This document shows positions 56,406-64,000 of a stretch of DNA of 64,000 bases, piece by piece. A program made the translations under genes and the position numbers. Under the pieces are notes generated by a model, which searched no databases, was not told where the DNA came from, and was given only the letters and a program-made list of their open reading frames with translations. The DNA lies in the NCBI GenBank assembly GCA_038059935.1, contig JBBTIN010000016.1:46943-110942 (forward strand). The letters run 5' to 3'. The stretch comes from Nitrospirota bacterium (GTDB taxonomy: Bacteria > Nitrospirota > Nitrospiria > SBBL01 > SBBA01). How positions within the stretch are numbered: the first letter of the stretch is position 1; the number at the start of each line of letters is the position of its first letter.

Positions 56406-57400
56406 GAGGGTAAGACGGGAAGTGCTAGTTTATCGTTTTCCGGAATTAGACAAAGCGATAATGTTGTTTTTTGATCTCCCACAGAAACACTCATTTCGCG
56501 CATGCTCTCTGTGGGTTTAGAATAGCGTAAGATCAATTGGCCCACCGCATCAAAAAGGGCGGGGGTTAAATTGCCAGATAAGATCGCAGCGGGGCCTGAA
56601 AAGTCGGGTTGAAAAAAGGCCATCAAACCCTTTCCGACTTCCTCACGTGAAAGATTTTCCAATGCCTCATTTTCTTTCTTATCGCGGCCTAATAGCGCAA
56701 ATGTTTTTTCGTCGAGATTAAAATAGCGGCCATATCGTAAAAGTTTTGCTTCAACCATTCCGCCCTCCGGACGAATCTTAAAGAATGCGGCAAGCTTTTC
56801 GGAAAAATTTTCATCGGTGAGAAGACAGCCTCCCGCCGGCGCGGAATAATGTTGAAGATGCAATGCATCCGCCATCGCCAATTGCTCCGTCCGTCCGCGA
56901 CCGGCAATCGCCAACAGTTTTTCACGATTGATCCACCCTTCGCGCTCCGGCAACGTCGGCGGCAAATTCTTCGCTGAAAGTGGACGCAAAATAAGGTCTT
57001 CCATCTCGCTATCGCGGTCAATAATTTGAAACGCATTTTTGCGCTGGGACATCGGGCGCTGCCCCAAAACCTCTCCTGTGATAATAAAATCGGCACCCAC
57101 TTCCTCCATGACTTGATCCGCCAGTTGAAACATATAGATTCGGCAGTCAATACAGGGGTTCATGTTCTTCCCGTACCCGTATTTGGGATTTCGAATCAAG
57201 TCGAGATAGTCCGTTCCTTTTTCAACCACCTGAAGCGTGATGCCTAATGATTCGGCAACCGCGCCAACCTCTTCGTGGCAGCCAAACGGGCTGCTTAAAT
57301 AAAGGCCATGAACGTCAATCCCTTGATCAAGAATGATGCGGGTGGCAAGCGTGCTATCCAACCCCCCCGACATCAGTGAAACGGCTTTTCGTTTTTTCAT
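56402..57400 (-). CDS. PP-loop ATP pyrophosphatase, ThiI/MnmA-related (tRNA thiolation-type)
   Basis: SLMSGGLDSTLA PP-loop, NPCIDCRIYMF, ITGEVLGQRPMSQ. Confidence 0.65.
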   Translation of the reverse strand: MKKRKAVSLMSGGLDSTLATRIILDQGIDVHGLYLSSPFGCHEEVGAVAESLGITLQVVEKGTDYLDLIRNPKYGYGKNMNPCIDCRIYMFQLADQVMEEVGADFIITGEVLGQRPMSQRKNAFQIIDRDSEMEDLILRPLSAKNLPPTLPEREGWINREKLLAIAGRGRTEQLAMADALHLQHYSAPAGGCLLTDENFSEKLAAFFKIRPEGGMVEAKLLRYGRYFNLDEKTFALLGRDKKENEALENLSREEVGKGLMAFFQPDFSGPAAILSGNLTPALFDAVGQLILRYSKPTESMREMSVSVGDQKTTLSLCLIPENDKLALPVLPS

Positions 57401-57480
57401 TTATGGATTCCGATGACTGGTACAAGTGTACTGGAAGATTCAAATCCTTTAGGGCTCATAACGGTTTTTAGAAGTGCCCC

Positions 57481-58773
57481 TTACTCCCATTTAGTATAGC
57501 CCTTTGAGGAAATAAAAATCAAAAATGAGAGATAGGCAAAAAACGGAATGTAAGTCACCACACTGTCAAAAACAAATAAATTCTGAACAAAATAAGAGAC
57601 GCCAAAAAAGAGCAATGCCGATGGACAGGCAATTCCCATCCCTTTCGTGAACGTCAACTTGAAGGCACAAATCCAAACGGCCAGATAAGATAAAAGACCA
57701 AAGACGCCATTCATGACCATAACATCTAAAAGTTTATTATGCGCGCGATCAAGCGATGCGGAATCATACTGGAAAATTTCCGGATCAAAATATTTGTTCC
57801 ACGCCACCAAGAAATTTTCCGGTCCCCAGCCCAGAAAAAACTTTTTGAGGTTTCCCTCTCTGGGATCAACGGATCGGATCGCAACCTTTGCCGTTAATAA
57901 TCGAGAAACGGTTGTCGCGTCTTTCGATGAAACTCTTGCGAGACGATCAATCCCGGGAATCTTCTGCCAAAAAGGGTTTTCTCGCGTTGCAATAAATAGA
58001 CTGCCCGACAAAACAAGGGTCACCAGTAAAGAACAGGCAATCTGGCGCAGCGTGAAGATTTTCCATTTCGTATTTTTCCCATAGACAGCGAGATAAATTG
58101 TGGTTGCGATAGAACCCACCGCGATGCCAACCATCGCGCCTCTGGCCTCGGCAATCAAAATCCCAACCAGACAAAACGGAACAATTAAAACCGAAAAAAT
58201 ACGCCAGAAGAGGTTTTGGCTGCTGCTCTTGCTAAAATAAATAATCCACGACGAGAAGAGGACAAAAAGAAAATAGACGCCCAGATAAATTGGATGGCCG
58301 GCGTAGGATGCGGGACGATTCACGCCATTTAAATACTGCTTCATCGCGTCAACAAATAAGATGACGGCCACGACCAAACCGATTTTGAAAAACCAAAGCC
58401 AGTCGCTATCTTTAAATAACAAAATGGAAAAAAGAAAGAAGCCGAAGAAGAAAAGCATGCCAACAACCCCTTCCCCGCGTTCAATCGAACCGTAAAACGC
58501 CCAATACCAATTGACCGCTGGGATGGCCGTCAGAACAAAAATGATAAAGTATGCCAAAACCGATAAAAAGAGCGGCTCATGCAATAGACGATTCATCTTG
58601 TGACGCATCTCCTCTCGAAATGACGTTTTTTGAATGAAGCGGACCGTGAAGAGGATTGCCACCAGCGTGATGGAGAACCGCAAGAAAAAAACCTTTCCCG
58701 AAATATAAGGGAAAAAAAGTGAATGGGCCATTAGCAAAGGCAAAATGGCGGTTGCAATCAGCAATAGCCTCAT
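57481..58773 (-). CDS. O-antigen ligase-like polytopic membrane protein
   Basis: About 11 hydrophobic helices with a Wzy_C-like loop, IAEARGAMVGIAVG. Confidence 0.55.
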   Translation of the reverse strand: MRLLLIATAILPLLMAHSLFFPYISGKVFFLRFSITLVAILFTVRFIQKTSFREEMRHKMNRLLHEPLFLSVLAYFIIFVLTAIPAVNWYWAFYGSIERGEGVVGMLFFFGFFLFSILLFKDSDWLWFFKIGLVVAVILFVDAMKQYLNGVNRPASYAGHPIYLGVYFLFVLFSSWIIYFSKSSSQNLFWRIFSVLIVPFCLVGILIAEARGAMVGIAVGSIATTIYLAVYGKNTKWKIFTLRQIACSLLVTLVLSGSLFIATRENPFWQKIPGIDRLARVSSKDATTVSRLLTAKVAIRSVDPREGNLKKFFLGWGPENFLVAWNKYFDPEIFQYDSASLDRAHNKLLDVMVMNGVFGLLSYLAVWICAFKLTFTKGMGIACPSALLFFGVSYFVQNLFVFDSVVTYIPFFAYLSFLIFISSKGYTKWE

Positions 58774-58822
58774 AAAAGAGAGGACAAAAGCGTCGGTTTG
58801 TTTGGCGTCTTTCTTAATGGGA

Positions 58823-59440
58823 TTATACCTCTCGTCGGCCTTCTAATGACTTGACCAATGTGACCTCGTCGGCATATTCGATATCGCTTCCTGCTGGAAT
58901 GCCGCAGGCAATTCGCGTGATCTTGACGCCAAGGGGCTTCATCAGTCGGGTCAAATAAAGCGCGGTAGCCTCTCCGTCTATATTCGGAGAGGTGGCCAGA
59001 ATAATTTCAGCAATGCCAAACGAAACGCCGCGTTTGATTCGCTCCATCAATAAATGAATGGACGCGGCGGGTCCGGATTCTTCGGATTCTCCACCCGATA
59101 AAGGGGAATAAGTACCATGCAGTACATGATAAAGCCCTTTGTACTCCCCCGATTTTTCAATGGCGAATAATGTGGTCGCTTCTTCCACGACCAAAATGCG
59201 CTGTGGATCGCGCGCGCCGTTTGCGCAAATGGCACAGACTTCCTCTTCAGTCATGTTATTGCAAATTTTACAATAAACAATTTTTTCTTTCAGCGTTAAA
59301 ATCGCCTCCGCAATTTTGCGTGCGTTATCCGAAGACATTTTCAAAATAAAAAATGCATATCGCTCCGCCGTTTTTTTTCCGACGCTCGGCAGCTGCATCA
59401 GACTTTCAATGAGTGAATTAAAAACCGATTTTCTATCCAT
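58823..59440 (-). CDS. recR: Recombination protein RecR
   Basis: Zn finger CKICNNMTEEEVCAICAN, Toprim region, 205 aa. Confidence 0.93.
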   Translation of the reverse strand: MDRKSVFNSLIESLMQLPSVGKKTAERYAFFILKMSSDNARKIAEAILTLKEKIVYCKICNNMTEEEVCAICANGARDPQRILVVEEATTLFAIEKSGEYKGLYHVLHGTYSPLSGGESEESGPAASIHLLMERIKRGVSFGIAEIILATSPNIDGEATALYLTRLMKPLGVKITRIACGIPAGSDIEYADEVTLVKSLEGRREV

Positions 59441-59464
59441 AGATCACGCAAGTTTTGCAGCTTG

Positions 59465-59803
59465 TTAGTCTCCGACTATTTCATTCAATCCTTCAATGAC
59501 CTGTCCCAATTCTTCTGCCGATATTCTCCCTATTTTGGTGCCAAGACGTTCTGTGGAAAGTGTTCTGATTTGGCTGATTTTAACCCATGTTTTTTTAGGA
59601 AGTTTGGGAGATGAAAGTTCAAGTGTGAGAGGAAAACCTGCTCTTTGTGGCTGACTGGTTAATGCCATTGCTATAACCGTTCCGGAGCGCTCATTGAATA
59701 CATCATGGCTGACAACAAGCACCGGTCTTTGACCTGATTGCTCCCTTCCACGCGTCGGGTTCAGATCAGCCCATAAAACATCGCCTCTTAGTATTTGGGC
59801 CAT
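59465..59803 (-). CDS. mazF: Type II toxin MazF/PemK family endoribonuclease
   Basis: [26 protein letters not shown]. Confidence 0.9.
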   Translation of the reverse strand: MAQILRGDVLWADLNPTRGREQSGQRPVLVVSHDVFNERSGTVIAMALTSQPQRAGFPLTLELSSPKLPKKTWVKISQIRTLSTERLGTKIGRISAEELGQVIEGLNEIVGD

Positions 59804-60039
59804 TCTTCTGCTTCGACAGACAGGCCTTCTTCTGCCATATTTCGCTCAAATTCTGGGTCCATCTTTTTACACTCCCGAGCCAGACGGCTATATTCCAACC
59901 GTGCAAGTTTTTCGCTAACCGCTTCTTCAATTGCACGGCTGCGATTTTCAAATAGATGCTTTTTTACAAGCTGGTCTAAATGTTTAACGACATTCTCATC
60001 CATCGTAATAGCGACTTTTACTGTGCTCATTTCGTTCAT
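59788..60039 (-). CDS. Ribbon-helix-helix (CopG-type) antitoxin
   Basis: [19 protein letters not shown] ... [10 protein letters not shown]. The gene overlaps the mazF start by 16 nt. Confidence 0.75.
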   Translation of the reverse strand: MNEMSTVKVAITMDENVVKHLDQLVKKHLFENRSRAIEEAVSEKLARLEYSRLARECKKMDPEFERNMAEEGLSVEAEEWPKY

Positions 60040-60244
60040 CCCAATATATTACTATTTATCATACCAACCCAACCATTTTGTCAAGTTGTTTTTATATCCT
60101 GTGTCAGTGACAAATAGAATTGACTGCGCTGTGACATACGGGAAGCAACGGGTGTGCGACGATTTTGTGGGCAAATTTGTCGCATACCCGGGAGCAACAG
60201 CTCGTTTGACTTGGTTTCTTTTTTTTTGTTACTCTCCACCTTCT

Positions 60245-61063
60245 ATGACGGCAATAAACGAATCGCTTCAAAATCAAGCCAAACGACTACGACAAGATAT
60301 CATCCAGATGATTTCTGCCGCCGCATCAGGTCACCCCGGCGGTTCTCTCTCCGCGACTGATATCATCACGGCTTTATATTTTAGGGTTTTGCGGCACCGC
60401 CCAACGGAGCCGGATTGGGACGACCGTGACCGATTCATCCTCAGCAAAGGACATGCAGCCCCTGCGCTCTACGCCGCATTGGCTCGCACCGGATATTTTC
60501 CCGTTGAACAACTCTCATCCCTCCGACAATTTGGATCGCCACTTCAAGGCCATCCAGAAAAAGGGAAATTGCCCGGCGTGGAAGCGTCTACCGGATCTCT
60601 CGGTCAAGGGATCTCCATTGGAATCGGCATGGCACTTGCCGCCCGATTGGACGGCAAAGATTATCGAACAGTCGTCTTAATGGGTGACGGAGAATCGAAT
60701 GAGGGTCAGGTCTGGGAGGCCGCAATGTTCGCGGCACATTACAAGATGGACTCGCTCACCGTAATTCTCGACCGCAATCGTCAGCAACTTGATGACTGGA
60801 CGGAAAAGATTTTAGACACAGAGTCGCTCGCTGAAAAATGGCGCGCCTTTGGATGGCATGTGATTGAAATTGATGGGCACAACATGGATCAAATCCTGAA
60901 AGCCTTTGACGAAGCAAGCAATACAAAAGGAAAACCCACACTCATTTTTGCCAATACCACAAAGGGAAAGGGCGTTTCCTTCATGGAGAATAATTTAGAA
61001 TTTCACGGGTCGGCACCGAATGCAGAGCAAACCCAAAAAGCCCTTTTGGAGATTGGTGCATGA
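60245..61063 (+). CDS. Transketolase, N-terminal (TPP-binding) subunit
   Basis: SGHPGGSLS and GDGESNEGQVWEA. Real start is ATG 60245 (MTAINESL). Confidence 0.9.
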   Translation: MTAINESLQNQAKRLRQDIIQMISAAASGHPGGSLSATDIITALYFRVLRHRPTEPDWDDRDRFILSKGHAAPALYAALARTGYFPVEQLSSLRQFGSPLQGHPEKGKLPGVEASTGSLGQGISIGIGMALAARLDGKDYRTVVLMGDGESNEGQVWEAAMFAAHYKMDSLTVILDRNRQQLDDWTEKILDTESLAEKWRAFGWHVIEIDGHNMDQILKAFDEASNTKGKPTLIFANTTKGKGVSFMENNLEFHGSAPNAEQTQKALLEIGA

Positions 61064-62085
61064 AGTCAAACGAAGCGATCCCCTCCTATGTAACCTGTTC
61101 CCTTCCGTCGTCCCCTTTGCCCTGGCAAAGCAAAAAAATGGGACAGGCCACACGAGATGCCTATGGTGAAGCCTTACTCGCATTAGGAAAAGAAGACACT
61201 CGGATTGTGGCACTCGACGCCGATCTGTCTAAATCCACAAAAAGCAATCTTTTCGCGAAACAGTTTCCAGCGCGTTTTTTTAATTGCGGCATTGCCGAGG
61301 CCAATATGGTCTCCATCGCTGCGGGATTGGCTTCCTGTGGCAAAATTCCTTTTGCATCCTCGTTTGCCTCGTTTCTTTTATGCAAAGGATTTGATCAACT
61401 TCGCATGTCAGTTGCCAATCCCAATCTGAACGTCAAAATCGTTGGGTCACATTCTGGAATTAGTCTAGGAGAAGATGGGGCGTCTCAGCAAAGTGTGGAG
61501 GACTTGGCTCTGGCCTGTGCGCTTCCAAAATTCACAGTCCTCTCTCCCGCAGACGGTGCGTCTTGTAAGGCACTCACGAAATTATCCGCAGCGCATGTGG
61601 GGCCTGTTTTTATCCGCACTGGAAGGCCGAAGGCACCCATTATTTATGCGGATGGCGAGTCCTTTGAAATCGGCGTCGCAAAAAAGATTGTGGCGGGAAG
61701 TGATGTCACAATTATCGCAACCGGCCTGATGGTTTATAGCGCGCTAATGGCCGCCACACTTTTACAAAAAGAAAATATTTCCGTTGCAGTGATTGATATG
61801 CATACTATCAAACCCATTGATGAGGCGGCGATTGTGACGGCAGCTAAGCGATCAGGTGCGATTGTAACAGCCGAGGAGCATCTTCTTTCTGGCGGACTGG
61901 GAAGTCGTGTTGCACAGGTGTTAAGCCAATATTGCCCCGTGCCTCAAGTGTCAGTTGGGATTGCCGATACTTACGCGGAATCCGGATTGCCCGAAGAACT
62001 TTTTGAAAAGTACGGCTTAACCGAAAAACATATTGTGTCGGCAGCCATAGATGTCTTGAAACATAAGAAAAAGATTGCCTCATAA
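61060..62085 (+). CDS. Transketolase, C-terminal (pyrimidine-binding) subunit
   Basis: ATRDAYGEAL and FFNCGIAEANMVS. ATGA overlap with the N-terminal subunit. An alternative start lies at 61138. Confidence 0.9.
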   Translation: MKSNEAIPSYVTCSLPSSPLPWQSKKMGQATRDAYGEALLALGKEDTRIVALDADLSKSTKSNLFAKQFPARFFNCGIAEANMVSIAAGLASCGKIPFASSFASFLLCKGFDQLRMSVANPNLNVKIVGSHSGISLGEDGASQQSVEDLALACALPKFTVLSPADGASCKALTKLSAAHVGPVFIRTGRPKAPIIYADGESFEIGVAKKIVAGSDVTIIATGLMVYSALMAATLLQKENISVAVIDMHTIKPIDEAAIVTAAKRSGAIVTAEEHLLSGGLGSRVAQVLSQYCPVPQVSVGIADTYAESGLPEELFEKYGLTEKHIVSAAIDVLKHKKKIAS

Positions 62086-62086
62086 A

Positions 62087-62875
62087 ATGACTCCTTCTCT
62101 TTTTATTTCTCTGTGCCACACTAGAAAAATAAAATATTTTTTCATTGTTGTCGCTGTCTTCGTTTCTCTACCCGTTCCTCTTTTTGCGGAGGCCCCTTTT
62201 ATCGTAACGGAATCGGCTGTTCCCATCGAGAGAGAGACCTATCGTCTTGAAAGCGGACTGCAATTTAATCAAGCCGGAATTGATCGAACAATTTTATCAG
62301 GAACGCTTCGGTACGGCCTGATTCATAATTTAGAGGCTGTTGCGACCTTTCCCTATATTTTTGCAGATAACGATCAGGCCTCCCGCCATCGGTTTGGAGA
62401 CCTTTTCTTATCGGCCAAAGTTCGTTTTTTACGCGGCAGGGAGGCCAATCCCTTATCGGTTGGTGGTGTCATGCGAGTTAAGGTTCCATTGGCAAACCAA
62501 AATAGTTTAACGGGAACAACGGGGGATCCCGATGTCGGATTTTCTCTCCTCGCTAGCAAAGAAATTCCGCCTTATGAAGCGCATTTGAATCTGGGTTATA
62601 CCTTTGTTGGGAGTGCTGGAAGTCCATCCGGGAATTCAAATGACCGCATTAGTTATGCGCTCGCCTTGGAATACAAAGAGGTTCGCCCCAAACTTTCAGT
62701 CATGGGGGAGGTCTTTGGAACATCGGACTCAATATTTAATGACAACTGGACTGCGGCATTGGGGGGAGCCTATCAGATTGATGAGAGAATCAAGACAGAC
62801 TTCGCATTGGGGATCGGACTTTCCGACCACGTTTCCGAATATATCCTCAATGCGAGAATAGGCTATATCTTCTAG
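62087..62875 (+). CDS. Outer-membrane beta-barrel protein (MetA-pathway/transporter-like)
   Basis: Signal peptide ending LFAEAP, alternating beta-strand pattern, C-terminal GYIF. Confidence 0.5.
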   Translation: MTPSLFISLCHTRKIKYFFIVVAVFVSLPVPLFAEAPFIVTESAVPIERETYRLESGLQFNQAGIDRTILSGTLRYGLIHNLEAVATFPYIFADNDQASRHRFGDLFLSAKVRFLRGREANPLSVGGVMRVKVPLANQNSLTGTTGDPDVGFSLLASKEIPPYEAHLNLGYTFVGSAGSPSGNSNDRISYALALEYKEVRPKLSVMGEVFGTSDSIFNDNWTAALGGAYQIDERIKTDFALGIGLSDHVSEYILNARIGYIF

Positions 62876-62876
62876 T

Positions 62877-63338
62877 CTAAAGAAGATTAAAGGCCATTTT
62901 TGGCGGAGACTCAACCGATCTTAAGTAACCCATCAGAATATCTATACGTGCGACAATACCAATCAAAACCTCATTCTCATCCACAACGGGGACACGAATC
63001 AGGTGTTTAGACTGAAGCGTTGCAATAATCTCGTTAACAGACGTGGTTTCCAAAACCGAAATAGCACCTTTCGTCATGATATCTTTTGCGGAAAGTGTCT
63101 CCAAGTTTTTTCCTGAAAAAATCGCATTGAGAATATCATATTCGCTGACAAGCCCGACGACAATATCTCCCGCTTTGGTAATCGGAACCGAGCCAAAGCC
63201 CCCCATTGTAATGGCTGCAATAATATCAACAATGGCTGCATCCTCTGAAAAGTAATAGACTTCGGTTTGCATGACATGCGCTGCAGTCATCTTTAAGAAG
63301 TCCTCTCCTCCAAGCATAAAATCAACACGCCTTGTCAT
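62877..63338 (-). CDS. CBS-domain pair protein
   Basis: Two CBS repeats. Start at ATG 63338, preceded by AAGGAGG. Confidence 0.75.
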   Translation of the reverse strand: MTRRVDFMLGGEDFLKMTAAHVMQTEVYYFSEDAAIVDIIAAITMGGFGSVPITKAGDIVVGLVSEYDILNAIFSGKNLETLSAKDIMTKGAISVLETTSVNEIIATLQSKHLIRVPVVDENEVLIGIVARIDILMGYLRSVESPPKMAFNLL

Positions 63339-63353
63339 AACAGCCTCCTTGAA

Positions 63354-63383
63354 TGTCATTCCTGCATGTTTCCGGCAGGAATC
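63354..63383. repeat. R4 palindrome TGTCATTCCTGC-ATGTTTCCG-GCAGGAATC
   Basis: Perfect 8-bp stem ATTCCTGC/GCAGGAAT. Confidence 0.75.
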
Positions 63384-63396
63384 TGGGTTTTATGTT

Positions 63397-64000
63397 TTAA
63401 TTCCGATACTGTAAAAACGCATCGTGGCTCTTGATCTTTGGAAGATATTTTCTGGGGATTGCTTCGACTTTTGGATCGCGCAATGACATCACAAAAATAG
63501 TCAATGCGGTCGCCTCATCATTGGAGAGGCCCCAGTTGGGCATAATCGTCGGAGGGATTCTGTCCTTTGGGTCTTTCGCATCCATCGTGCCAGGAACGAT
63601 TTTCTGTGGGTCTTTGAAATGCTCAAATTCCCATGCCTTCATTGTATGCTCATGCGACTTCATCTTTGAAAAATCGTGCACCAGATAAAACGCGAGTTCG
63701 GTCTTGCTGCCCATTCCGGAAAGCTCCGGGGCCATCGTTGCAACAGTACCCAACTGGTTGATCGTATGACAAGCGCCACAACCTAATTCACGCGCAAGCG
63801 AAATCCCTTTCATCAATTCCGGCACCTCCGGCCAATACAGTCCTTCCGCATAAAGATCAGAATGACATCGGCTGCATGCAGCCTGTACCGTTGACTTTGT
63901 CTTCAACTGACGATCCAGATGGTGAACAATACCATGGGTCTTTTCAACCGTCAGCGCCTGTCCATCCCCGTCATGACAAACAGTACAACCGACCTTCTCA
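63397..64000 (-). CDS. Multihaem c-type cytochrome (5' end outside window)
   Basis: Three CxxCH motifs are visible (CTVCH, CSRCH, CGACH). The frame stays open to the window edge. Confidence 0.7.
   Translation of the reverse strand, partial: EKVGCTVCHDGDGQALTVEKTHGIVHHLDRQLKTKSTVQAACSRCHSDLYAEGLYWPEVPELMKGISLARELGCGACHTINQLGTVATMAPELSGMGSKTELAFYLVHDFSKMKSHEHTMKAWEFEHFKDPQKIVPGTMDAKDPKDRIPPTIMPNWGLSNDEATALTIFVMSLRDPKVEAIPRKYLPKIKSHDAFLQYRN

Noticed and set aside
59795-60244. A 150-codon N-terminal extension of the transketolase ORF (the ORF track lists 59795-61063).
   Set aside because: The extension runs antisense through mazE and mazF and through an A/T-rich promoter region, and is Ser/Phe-rich junk. 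The conserved transketolase sequence begins at ATG 60245.

Overview
This 64-kb window is bacterial chromosome, mostly tightly packed housekeeping operons on the minus strand. Gene order from the left is as follows. (1) xseA 3' end and a partial type II secretion cluster gspC-D-E. (2) A five-gene 2-oxoacid:ferredoxin oxidoreductase operon (extra subunit, alpha, beta, gamma, delta). (3) An IS-disturbed patch holding an orphan NuoG-like protein. (4) thiD and moaA. (5) A chemotaxis operon: DUF4388 protein, cheY, cheA, cheW, mcp, cheW. (6) purS-purB and nusB-ribH-ribBA. (7) An archaeal/eukaryal-length pheS. (8) Cytochrome c maturation genes ccdA, resA-like, ccmI-like and ccmH. (9) A class-V aminotransferase with serA. 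(10) A sigma-54 response regulator, pilT, era, ftsB, eno and lpxC. (11) An orphan HlyD-type adaptor and a DUF4388/J-domain/TPR protein. (12) tgt-yajC-secD-secF. (13) A roughly 1.9-kb graveyard of defence-type gene fragments. (14) A DUF4139 secreted protein, coaE, a J-protein/HDAC/MBL/PP-loop operon, an O-antigen-ligase-like protein and recR. (15) mazEF, a split transketolase, an outer-membrane barrel, a CBS protein and a multihaem cytochrome c that runs off the right edge. The gene content fits a Nitrospirota-like chemolithoautotroph, but that assignment is inference only. No rRNA, tRNA or CRISPR array was recognised. The most unusual content is non-coding: at least four families of short palindromic repeats fill most intergenic gaps. 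One family, called R1 here, has the core CGACCAACGGGA plus a GC hairpin whose stem sequence differs between copies while staying self-complementary. It has at least 12 copies. Nine of them touch or supply the stop codon of the neighbouring gene, one pair gives two convergent genes identical C-termini, and one copy appears to sit in frame inside pheS. All homology calls come from reading the translated ORFs by eye. No database search was run.
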